Assembly: GCA_951406725.2 (NCBI GenBank)
Contig: OX597816.1
Span: forward strand, 134,106,001-134,170,000
Reading direction: 5' to 3'
DNA from: Octopus vulgaris
Lineage: Eukaryota
DNA: 64,000 nt
The notes beneath the pieces are model-generated. The model was given only the letters and a program-made list of their open reading frames with translations, did no database searches and had not been told where the DNA came from. The position numbers and the translations under genes are program-made. Below are positions 1 to 10,552 of the stretch, piece after piece (within the stretch, counting starts at the first letter, position 1; each line of letters opens with the position of its first letter).

Positions 1-200
1 CTGAAATTTTGGTGGGTAGTGGCCTGTCAATTACATCGCTTCCAAAGTTCAATTGATACATATTTTATCGACCCAGTATGATGGAAGGAAAAGCAAAGTC
101 AGCGTCAGTAGAATTTGAACTGAGAACGTAAAGCTAGATGAAATGCCGCTAAGGATTTTGTCCGGGGTGCAAACGATCCTGCCAGCTCGTTGCCTTGTGG
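1..200 (-). mobile_element. tRNA-derived SINE (Meta-domain-like family)
   Basis: Reverse complement of the recurring GCCTTTCATCCTTTCGGGGTCGATAAA..AGTACC core with a B-box-like GAGTTCAAATTC. Other copies at about 420-665(-), 2265-2480, 11155-11580, 12080-12460, 25975-26145 and 38745-38880(-). Confidence 0.8.
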
Positions 201-925
201 CTGATAAAAATAATAACTGATTATATTTTATGAAATCTTTCTACAATTAAAAGAATGCCTGGAAACAACATACATTATTGCAAGAACTGTTGACGGAATG
301 AATCCGTAAACACAGACTTTGGTAATGAATTGATATTTGTAATACATAACGGGCATTTTATTGTTTTTGTTTTGTTTTGAGCTTAAACGATAGGAGCTTG
401 AAATTTCAGAGATAATAATCAGTTTCAAATTTTGGCACAAGGCCAGCAAGTTCGAGGGAGAAGATAAGTTGATTTCCTCAAAACTCCAGTATGCAACTGG
501 TACTTATTTTATCGACTCTGAAAGGATGAACGGCAAAGTCGACTCCGAAAGGATGAACGGCAAAGTCGACCCCGGCGGCATTTGAACGCAAAACGTAAAG
601 TCAGAAGAAATGCCGCTGAGCATTTTTCACGGCGCGGTAATGGCTCTGCCAGCTCGCCGCCTTAATTTCAGAGATGATTGTCGATTTTATTTTGATTGCG
701 ACTGAGGAGAGTATCTTTTTTTTTTTTTTTGAATCTTCTTAGACTGGAGAAATAGGAACAATCTAGATAAAGCTGAAATAATTCACGTTTTAATTTGAAC
801 TGAAAATCGTGGTTAGGGGAAATATAGGTATTGAGATTTATCCAGAGATAAAGCACTTCTACAAAGGAAACGACGGTGAGAAATAAGGGTTTATTTACAA
901 CCAAATTTTACGAGAACGGATGACG

Positions 926-994
926 AATGGAGCAAATAAGAGAAGATTACCATGGTCCCTACGCAAGGATGACATGCAAATTCGTGAAGCGTTC
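926..994 (+). pseudogene. U6: U6 snRNA fragment (5'-truncated pseudogene)
   Basis: AGAGAAGATTACCATGGTCCCTACGCAAGGATGACATGCAAATTCGTGAAGCGTTC differs at 4 positions from canonical U6 AGAGAAGATTAGCATGGCCCCTGCGCAAGGATGACACGCAAATTCGTGAAGCGTTC. It lacks the 5' stem-loop and the terminal U-tract. Confidence 0.92.
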
Positions 995-1226
995 TACTGT
1001 ACACCACCAATAGAAGTGATGTACAGTTTAGAGGACTAGCATTGTTAATGTAGAGATAATACATCTGCGGGTATACAATTCTGTAATGAGTAAGCAGCTA
1101 AATGTGTTAATAATAAGTAGTTGCCTTTTGATCAGCTAGTATTTCCTCCTTAAAATACATATCAAAATACGAAAGACAAGTAAGTGTACCTACTATCCAT
1201 AGGAAATTTCTTATATCCGCTTACAC

Positions 1227-1517
1227 CAGTGCTGCTCAAAGTGGTAGTCCACCATCAGCTACCGGTACGCGGCGAGTTTCCAGAAAAGAAACAATAGTAT
1301 AATTTCAGTAATTTCGCCTTATGCAAGTGCATATTACAGCTGCTGTAATATTGTATTATTTGTTTACAAAATAAATATAAGTTGTCAACTTTTATTATAT
1401 TCATTATATATATTGTTTCCGGTATAAATTAATATTACTAAGAAATATTACCAGTTCCTGGCACATTGAGGGAAAAAAACTGCCGGTACGCCACATCAGA
1501 TAGTTTGAGAAGCATTG
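1227..1517. mobile_element. hAT (Charlie-like) MITE
   Basis: TIRs CAGTGCTGCTCAAA...TTTGAGAAGCATTG with a perfect 8-bp TSD GCTTACAC (1219-1226, 1518-1525). Confidence 0.85.
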
Positions 1518-1749
1518 GCTTACACCACTCCGTCGTGTGCAAATTAGAGTTTGTGTTTCTATACTTTTAACATTGAAAGAATAATTTGATAACTAAAGAT
1601 TGTTTTATAAGAACCGGCAACGCCACACCATCTCCTCCTTCACTCCTGTCCATGTCTGATTTCATACTTTTGAATAATCACCTCTCGCACGAAACCATCA
1701 GTGTCATTGAGAAGCTGAAACTGGAATATTCTCAGAGAATGTAATATAA

Positions 1750-2145
1750 TAGGTGCAGGTATGGTTGGGTGGTTAAGAGGAAGGCTTTGCCTCGTGGTTT
1801 TGGGTTCAGTATCACTGCACGGCATCTTGGGCAAGTGTCTCCTACCATAGCCCAATGCCTTGTGATTGGATGGAATTTGGTGGATGAAAGCCTGTCGTAT
1901 ATACGTATATATGTGTATGTCTTTTTGTCTGTATTTGTCCCCACCACCAAAACCGCTGGACAATTAGTGTTCCTTTGCTCACGTACCCGTAACTTAGCGG
2001 TTAAGCAAAAGGTACTGATAGAATAAGTGCCAGACTTTGAAAAATAAATAAGTCTGGTACTTATAAATAAGAGCTAGGGTTGAAAAAAAAAGCGGTTTCC
2101 CCAGCATGGTCGCTGTCCAATGACTGAAACAAATAAAAGATAAAA
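1750..2145 (+). mobile_element. CORE-type tRNA-derived SINE plus linked 3' module
   Basis: GGGTTCAGT..CACTGC..GGCA(C/T)CTTGGGCAAGTGTCT motif. Other copies at about 37665-37820, 53205-53365, 53810-53910(-), 55580-55735, 62825-63190 and 63465-63610(-). Confidence 0.75.
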
Positions 2146-2499
2146 TATAGTACAATCATTTTAAAATCCAAGTGCACAAACATTTCCTGTCACTTCCTCT
2201 CACCATTAACCCTTCAGAAATTAATCGTTATGTAATCTAGGCATCAATATTTTAAAATAAGAGTAAGGCGGCGAGCTTACAGAATCGTTAGCGCACCGGG
2301 CAAAATGCTTAGTGATATTTCGTCCGTCTTTACATTCTGAGTCCAAATTCCACCAAGTTGACTTTGCTTTTGATACTTTCGGGATCGATAAAATAAGTAC
2401 CAGTTGAGCACCGGAGTCGATGTAATAGACTTATCCGCTCCCCTGAAATTGCTGGTCTTGTGCCAAAATTTTCAACCAATATTTTAAAAAATAGAGTAG

Positions 2500-2850
2500 G
2501 TTTCTAGACCTTCTTTAGTTTGTGACAGGCTGTTCATGCTTGTGCCTTCCTGATCTTCATGCTTCCCAACTGCTCAACCAGTCACTTAAGTACTCGAAGT
2601 TTTCAACAACTTTCAATTTGGAACCGCTCAAAGCAAACAGCTCGGCTTCGATTTTCTTGACATTTGTGTGGGGTCCTATTTTGGCAGCTGATGTTTCTAC
2701 TCTGTCGAGCAGTTGTTATGCTTGACTATTTCATTAAATATGAGTACTATATCATCTGCGAAGTCCAGGTCTGTGATGGTTACTGCTGGTACTCTCCGGG
2801 ATCTTTGCCGGTCAGTGATGATACCAAGGTCTTCGTCATTATTGTCTATA
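2500..2850 (-). mobile_element. Degenerate LINE RT fragment (RTE-X-like)
   Basis: Minus strand reads RSRRVPAVTITDLDFADDIVL and LKVVENFEYLS, with stops and frameshifts. Confidence 0.75.
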
Positions 2851-3340
2851 GTCTCTGAAATTTCAAGTTCCTATTGTTTAAAAACAAAACGAAACAAAAC
2901 AAATACAAAGAAAAGTCCATTATTTATTACAAATATAATTCGTTACCAAAGACTGTGTTTACGAATCCTCTGCAATAATGTATATTGTTTCGAGGCGCTC
3001 ACACACACATATACTGAATTTTATTTCCTACATATGTGTTTGCTTTTTCATTGGTAATGCTTTCCTATGTATATACATAAATGCAAATGTTTTTCCCAAA
3101 TAAATTGCACTTCATGTTTGAAGCTCCGATAAAGCTATAGCGTGATATTCAGGCACCCAACAATGAGTGTATTGCAACTTGTAGCAGAAACAGCTGTAAG
3201 CTAATGAAATTCATAACATAATCGTTTATTCCGTACTCGTTCGACTGTACTCGATTGACACTTCGTACTGAAGCTTATGCATACTGAGTTCTAGCACCAG
3301 TTATTAGCATCGCAATGCCTAAGCAATTATACATACATAC

Positions 3341-3388
<48 letters not shown>

Positions 3389-4200
3389 CGGAAACATAGC
3401 ATCTGTCTACCAAATTTCTCCACAAAGCATTGGTTGGCCTGGGGCATTAGTTGGCCGCACAGTAGGACAGTGAACTCGAAACCATGTGATTACAAAGCGA
3501 GTTTCTTAATCACAGTCATGTCTGCACCCATGTGTGAAAAACTAATATAAAAATATTACTCACCATATAAACTATAGAAGTAGAAAGCACAAAACATAGT
3601 TCGTATAGTAAGCACAAGAAAAACGTACCGAGCAATGAAGAATGGCATTCCCGGCGTGTCTAGAAATAATAAATCCTATTGCAGGTTGTGCTGTCGGTAC
3701 ACGTGACCCTCAACACACGTTGACACAATTTAGTAATCACTAGGCTTACTAATAGCTACCTTTATTACTTGGAATTCCCTGCTCTCTCTCTACCTTCCCA
3801 GACAGTAAAATATCTAATCACATATGACAATAGCTTTATTACAGTTGTTCCATAGCAGCATTATCCTACTCCTTCAGTATCTTCGACACATTCTCCCTGC
3901 CTACCTCGCTCTCTCTCTCTACGTACGTCTCTGTTTCCGTCTCGTATTTTGTGTTTTTTAACTTGTTTGTTTTTACTACGTTTCTTGTTCAATCTGCTTC
4001 ACATATCCTGATTATAATTGAATAAATTATTCAGCTTAATTTTACAGCGAGTCTAAATGCATGCGGATATGACTCTGAATACTATTTATTTTTAGTTATA
4101 TTGTTAATTAATATTAACATATTTGATCAAGTCAGCATTAAATAGCTACTAGAAAAAATTATACGGTGAGACAAAAGAAAAAACGGAAAAGCAAAAAGTG

Positions 4201-4649
4201 GGATCTTTTCGGTTTAACCGGCAGTTTTTTCTAGCGGTGTCATATGAAATTGTCACCCATAATTATGACCCTAGTATCGATCTATTGCATTTCAATCTGT
4301 TTTAGGGTTAGGGTTAGAGTTAGGGTTAGTTAGGGTTAGGGTTAGGAGTGGGGGGAAGGGTATATATATATTTTTCAGAAATGTAAATAAACCCAATCTG
4401 TTTCTTAAACGAGGGACATATTCATACGGCACAGAATGTTTTCACCTCAATAGACGTCATTGATTGGTTGAAATTGCAAAAATTGAAGAAAAAAAAAACA
4501 AGAAATATCTTACAAACTATAGAATTTTCTCAATAAAGCCAAGAGAAAAAGATATTTTATAAACACATTCTACAAGTATGCGAAGTTTAAAAGTGTTTAG
4601 TTACGTGGAAATTATTTTTAAAAAACTGCCGTTCAAACCGAAAAGATCC
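4201..4649. mobile_element. MITE with ~30-bp TIRs, 9-bp TSD and internal (TTAGGG)n
   Basis: GGATCTTTTCGGTTTAACCGGCAGTTTTTT ... AAAAAACTGCCGTTCAAACCGAAAAGATCC, with CAAAAAGTG on both sides (4192-4200, 4650-4658). Confidence 0.85.
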
Positions 4650-6457
4650 CAAAAAGTGTTTGTTCTTGACTAATAGTATTTTCATCCTTTCGAAAAATGC
4701 GGGAGATAACTTTAATATGCTTTGGTCTGATAAGACTTCCTCAGCGAAATAAACAATTTGCATAGTAATGATGAGAGAATTATTACTTGTAGTAGAAAAA
4801 AACAGAAATGCCCAGAGGCTAAATCACATTAGATTAATGATGACGTTGTCATATTGGTTACGTTGCTGAAATGATGAGGAATATTTCTATACAATATTAG
4901 AGTTTATTCGAGTAGTGATTTATTTATAAATAAAGTTAAGGAAAGTTGTTATTGCTGTTTAACTCCATATCTGATAGAGTAGACTTCTGATTAAGACATT
5001 CCAGCCACGACTGTTCTGTCTTTTACTCCATCATAGTTTATTTAGGACTAGATTATCCAATGTGGCCTTCTTCTTAGCTAAGTTAGTGGGATGTGATTTA
5101 AGTGAAATTTTCTGCTATTTCTAGTAGGTTGTCTTGACTAATAGATGTAAACTTTAATGGTAAAATAAATGCGCACACATGCAAAAAAAAAAAAAAGAAA
5201 AGAAAATTGAAAAGAAAGTCTTAAACACGCAAGGTGACCAATTGGCAGATTCGTTAGATCACCGAATAGATTGCTTTGAGGCAATCGATCGGGCGATCTG
5301 AGTTCAAATTCCATCAAAGTAGACTTTTAAAGATGATGCCCCAGCATGATCACCACCTTGACTGAAACAAAAAGGAACGTTTAATATCGTTTAATAGAAC
5401 GACGATCAATAGAAATACCATTACAACCTCAAAATAAAGAAACATGGGCACTTTTCTATTATCGACAGCCATTTCTTTTTTTTTTTTTTTAATTACGAAA
5501 GGATGAGCAAAAAAGTATAACAACAATAAGAAGGATATTAACAGTTAATCAGCGGAGTTTCAGATGGGGAAAGTTGCAAGGAACTGAGTGTTCGTTTCCT
5601 CCTCCAAAAGAATTTTTTGTCCAAAACATTTTTTTATTTTACAGTTTTACCCTCCAGTTCTGTGCCCTGCTCCGATAATTTTTCACTGGTACTTTTCTCC
5701 ACGAGGAAGTGATAGTTATTTCGAAAGTCTGTTGGTCAATTATTACACTTGTCTCACGAATGTATTAGTCTATTTACTAATCCTCGATGTACCAAAATAT
5801 TGGCTGCCGATAACAGGTAAGTACTGAAACACAATCCCTGGTAAACGTACTTGTGATCATGCTGTGTAGCAACAGTCTCACATGATCAAGTGGGAAGAGA
5901 ATAATAAAGAAATATTTTAGATTATAGAAGAAGCTCTGTAGATAATTAGTTATCAGACTTGAGCAAATTAAATTCTTATCTAGAGTTGTTGACAATACCC
6001 TTGCCAATTGTGATTTCTTCTCAACATACTCCGTGTTTAATTATTACGAAAATGATCAGTTACTTACAAACATGTTTACTGAAAAGTTTGAAACATCTTT
6101 CTCGCCATGTTTTCTTCATACCCGACGAACGATAGATAAATAAATAAATAATAAATAAACATTTTATTTACTAGAATTATATCAAGTATTCTACCACGAA
6201 CTAGTGCTAATAATTAAATAACACAAGTTAATCCTTACTAACATATATCTTTTATTATATGAAGAAAAGTAAATGGCCTGTTTTTTTCATAATGCTGTCA
6301 AGGCGTTTCTAACATAATTCCTGTTAGATGAGTGCAACAAGTGGGTGGGTGGATGGATCAGATATTTCTGGGTCACAGTAAAATAGACTATTAAACATAG
6401 ATCACGTTTTCGCGCGCGCGAATATGTACACAGCCATTCATGCTATTCATACTATTC

Positions 6458-6490
<33 letters not shown>

Positions 6491-6967
6491 CTGCTATTCG
6501 TGCAATTCATGACGAGCTATACCTTATTTATTCAGTTACTGTCTCTTAAGCAGGTACAACAATGTAAAAGAAACAATGTAAAAGAAAACAGTAAACACCC
6601 ATTTAATGATTTCTTACCTGATATAAAGACAAATTTATAAGAGAGAAATGTAGTCCATTAAATCGACGGTAGTGTTCAGAAACTAAATTCCTAGGCAAAA
6701 GTAAAAGACATGCTCCATAGTCAGTGTGATGAATTAGGTACTAAACTTTTGACATCTATACCAACTTGTGAGTCTTTATTCGCTAACAAGATCCTCCACA
6801 CGTGATGCATTGAGTAAAAAAGATGATGGATGAAAACCCCTTTCTGTAGATAACGGTACCTGACGACTGACGTCCTTAATCGCAATTCAAAGCGTCAAAC
6901 ATAAATTTCAATCGAATCAGCTGGATTTGACCTGTGAATGTGGGTGCGATGCTGCCGTTCATGCCTA

Positions 6968-7138
6968 TGGCGTAGCTAATAGGGGAGCAAGAGGAGCGAT
7001 CGCTCCCCGTAAGCACATTTTTTCAAATTGGCGCCTTTTATAAAATGTGTCATCAATGAGTTAAAAATTGTTTGGCATCTATAACGGCGCCTTTTTTTTT
7101 TTTTTCTTTTTTGTACTCACTCCCCCTAACTATACGTC
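6968..7138. mobile_element. hAT-like MITE remnant
   Basis: TGGCGTAGCTA... start and ...CCCCTAACTATACGTC end. A related short element lies at 24188-24265 (TAGCGTAGCTA...TAGCTACACTA). Confidence 0.5.
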
Positions 7139-9194
7139 CTTGGTTCAAGCTGTAAGACTGTATGTGAATGATGAGAAATTTGATGGAAATTTTGGTCAAA
7201 AATAGGATACGAAAAATGCTTTTAATACATTATACACTAGTAAACTAGACTTCAAACAATCAATTATAGGCCAACCTACCAATAAAATCGGGTGGCCTGG
7301 GAAACGAGAGATCTTCTGATCTTACACCGCCAACATGTATCTCATCAATGCATGTTACATTTGCTGAAAGTATCCTATCTAATACTACTAGATTCTTTAC
7401 CCGTAAACCGTTTGTTGATTGTTTTGGAGGAACTGATGATCCGTTTTGGTGTTGAAACTATAGCGATGTCGAAGAAAAGAAGTAACAACATTGGGATGAG
7501 ACAGTTACTGAAAGCGATGCAGAGTGTGTGTACGCACATGCACGAAATCAACAAGATCTTGCACGATTGGCAACTGCACAGAAACCACGGAATGTTACCT
7601 GGTTCAATTGCTTCCCAAGCCGGACAACAGTGTCTTCCAAAATGGCTAGGCTCTGCATATGGATTTGCACATATACTGAATACTAAAGCCAACAAATCAA
7701 TCCGAAAAGATGTCATGTGCTGTTGTATTTTTCACTTCGAGATGCCCCTGACACGCAGAAATAAACAATGTAATCAATTATCCAACTTATTTGCAGGCAT
7801 ATCGACGAACTTGAAGTCTGTCGGACTGGATTGCCGCAGGGGCAAGTACCCGTAAAGGATAGATTATTTTTTGTACGTCTTGGTTCGCTCATTGATCGGT
7901 TACACTTGCAGATACTTCCATTGGCAGTTATATTTTGCAGTCTGCAGTCCATTAGTCGAGGGCAAAGGAAATCAAGCCATACAGGTACTTTTGCAAATAG
8001 AAACATGTCGTTGAATTGGTGGAAATGGAAGCAACTGATGTCACTGATAAATCGACGATATTTTTGTTAATGGTATCGTGCAAAGGTAGTTGAAGCAACG
8101 AGTGAAGCGATTTCTGTTTCAGTGCTGCGACGGTGAAATGGATTTATAATGCTTTCTGTTTTAATGTGCTAATCTTCTAGTGGATGGAGAAGAAAAATTA
8201 AGACAAAAAGTATAAAAAGAGAAGAAAAAAAAAACCTTTTGCAAAATGTAGCAGCTGGTGGGTTAAGAGAAAGAGAATTGTAAATATTCCTGTTAAATTA
8301 TGTTATAGTTAGTAAAATGAAACATTAATATAAATTTCTGTTCTCATATGCTGGTATGAGAGCGTGGGTGTTTATATATGAGTGTATATATGTATGCATG
8401 TATGTATACATAGTACGTGGGAGAAGAGAAATTACAACAATAAATAATAGATATATCACTATAGTAAATAGTATGTAGGAGTTCAGACAAAAAGAAAACA
8501 ACAGATAACCATTTAGCTGTTATTAATGCAGGTGTATATTTGATACATACTTGGATTAATTTCGCAACAAAGATATGTTACAGTTCTATATTTTAGAGAT
8601 GAGGAATTATGTACATTATTTACATTATTTACATTATTTACAGTTGACGGATATTTGTCAAATATCCGTCAACTGTAAATAATGTAAAAATATGTTACAA
8701 AACGTTATATACAGTCCATGTGCTGTGCAATTTTAAATTTGCATAGTGAATCTATGAACAAGATAAGTGAAAAACTATATTACATTTTAAAATGGATTTA
8801 TCCTTGAAATTGTTGATCCGTCGCTCGATCCACAACCGCCACGTGGTCTCATGATCACTGAGAAATTTCGAAGAATATCTGTGAGAAATTCCGCTAAACG
8901 GAACATGACTGTTTTAGGGTTTTATGAAAGGGACATTGACCTCTCAAAAGTTAAGAGAGTTGTTACGTTCTTTTCTTTTCTTTTTTTTTTAGGAAGGAAC
9001 CGGTAGATATTCACAGGTCCTTGTTTGGCTCTCCTGACCCTGGGCTAATATACCGGCTGAACCTCCCTCGTATAGGCCCTGCCTGATCCTGGGATGTCTC
9101 CAGTAGACTCTACTCTATTAAGAGCGTTCGAACCAGCTTGCTGCTTTGAGTATACCTCCCCCTCTCTCCATCCACTAGTCTCGGATAAAACACG

Positions 9195-9305
9195 CACATA
9201 CACATACGCACACACACACACACATACATACATACATACATACATACATACATACATACATACATACATACATACATACATACATACATACATACATACA
9301 CACAT
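9195..9305. repeat. (CA)n/(TACA)n microsatellite
   Basis: Read directly. Other simple repeats: (GT)n 3344-3384, (GAAA)n 18161-18237, (CA)n 18470-18514, (GA)n 20093-20150, (CT)n 25068-25143, (TA)n 45879-45915 and 55779-55826. Confidence 0.95.
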
Positions 9306-9946
9306 CAAAAAGTTCAGTTCTTATTTTCATTTTTACCCACCATAGCAATTAACGCAACGCTTTCTGTTGTGCAGAAGCTTTTACTCTTGACTGGAGGTTT
9401 GAATTCCCGGCCAGCGCTGAGTCGAGTACATTATATTGATTGACTCACTCATGCTGTTGACTCCGAAAGAATGACAGGTAGAATCAAAAACGTAAAGAGA
9501 CGAAATGAAATACCGCAAGTCATTTGGTTCTGCACTTTATAGTTTCTATTACTCAGCTGGCCGTATCTTTTATCTTTTAATTATGAGGGGAGGTAGAGCC
9601 ATTAATTTTTGTACAGGGCCTCCATGACTGGTGAGTTAGAGGAAGGAAGTTATCCTCGTATCAGAGACCTGACCCGAATGCTTGTCACAGAATGAACTCC
9701 TCTAAAGGTACCCAAGATGGCAGGCGGTGATGTTATAACGGGAGACGAGCCAACCCTACCAGCCAAGTAGGCCATTGCGGGATTTGAACTCAGAATGCAA
9801 AAATCCAGATCAAATACCGACCAGGATCTGGTACAAATGATATTTATACCTTTCTGCCATCCCAGATTGGTACATTTTTATCGATCCCGTAAGGATATGA
9901 TGCAAACTTGACTTTGACGGCATTTGAACTCAGAACGGGTAGAGTT

Positions 9947-10552
9947 TGTAGTGCCTATAACGGTGCGCGCGCGCGCACCGTCCATTTTCTATTTCGCGCG
10001 TGCGAGTGTTGGTGCCTTCACCAAGGCACAGAAAGGAAGGGCCCTCTCGCGCATGCGCGAACCACCGGAAGAACCCTTTTGCCTACGTGACAGTTAGCGA
10101 GGCAAGGGGGTCGTAGAACGTTTGACCACTAGCAGCAGTCAGCGGGGACTTGGGACGGCAGCGACTGAAGGCGACGGTCACGATATATTTTCTCTCCGTT
10201 CGAACTAGATTCTAGCAGCACCATACCAAAAGGCCTTTAACCAAATTGTTGCAGACCTCATCTTCTTCCTCCGGACGCCATCTTTAACCCGTTCTGTTTT
10301 TAGCGGCTGAACATTGTAAATATTACAATCCATTAACTTTCAGCCTTGCGCGCCCAGAACCAAGGACATCAGATAACCACTTATTGTTACTGTTACCACA
10401 TTAGAGAATAAAGTAGTATATATATCTTTTACGTCTGCGTCTTGTTGTTTCTGACTGGTAGAATTCTGGATTATTAAAGCAACGGCTAGTGATTGCTCTC
10501 TTGTACCCCGAAAGTACAAGAGTAGAAATATTCTCACACTAAGTTCGTTACA
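9947..10552 (+). mobile_element. Solo LTR (606 bp) inserted into a SINE
   Basis: TGTA...TACA termini, 4-bp TSD AGTT (9943-9946, 10553-10556) and AATAAA at about 10407. The SINE sequence GAACTCAGAACG..AGAGTT|GAAACAAATACTG resumes after the insertion. Confidence 0.75.

Noticed and set aside
514-570. 27-bp tandem duplication
   Set aside because: Local slippage inside a SINE core; ordinary.
10484-10530. CTAGTGA-stem-GAAA hammerhead-like arrangement in the solo LTR
   Set aside because: The core reads CTAGTGA rather than CTGANGA and no stems I or III were found. Kept only as a hairpin.
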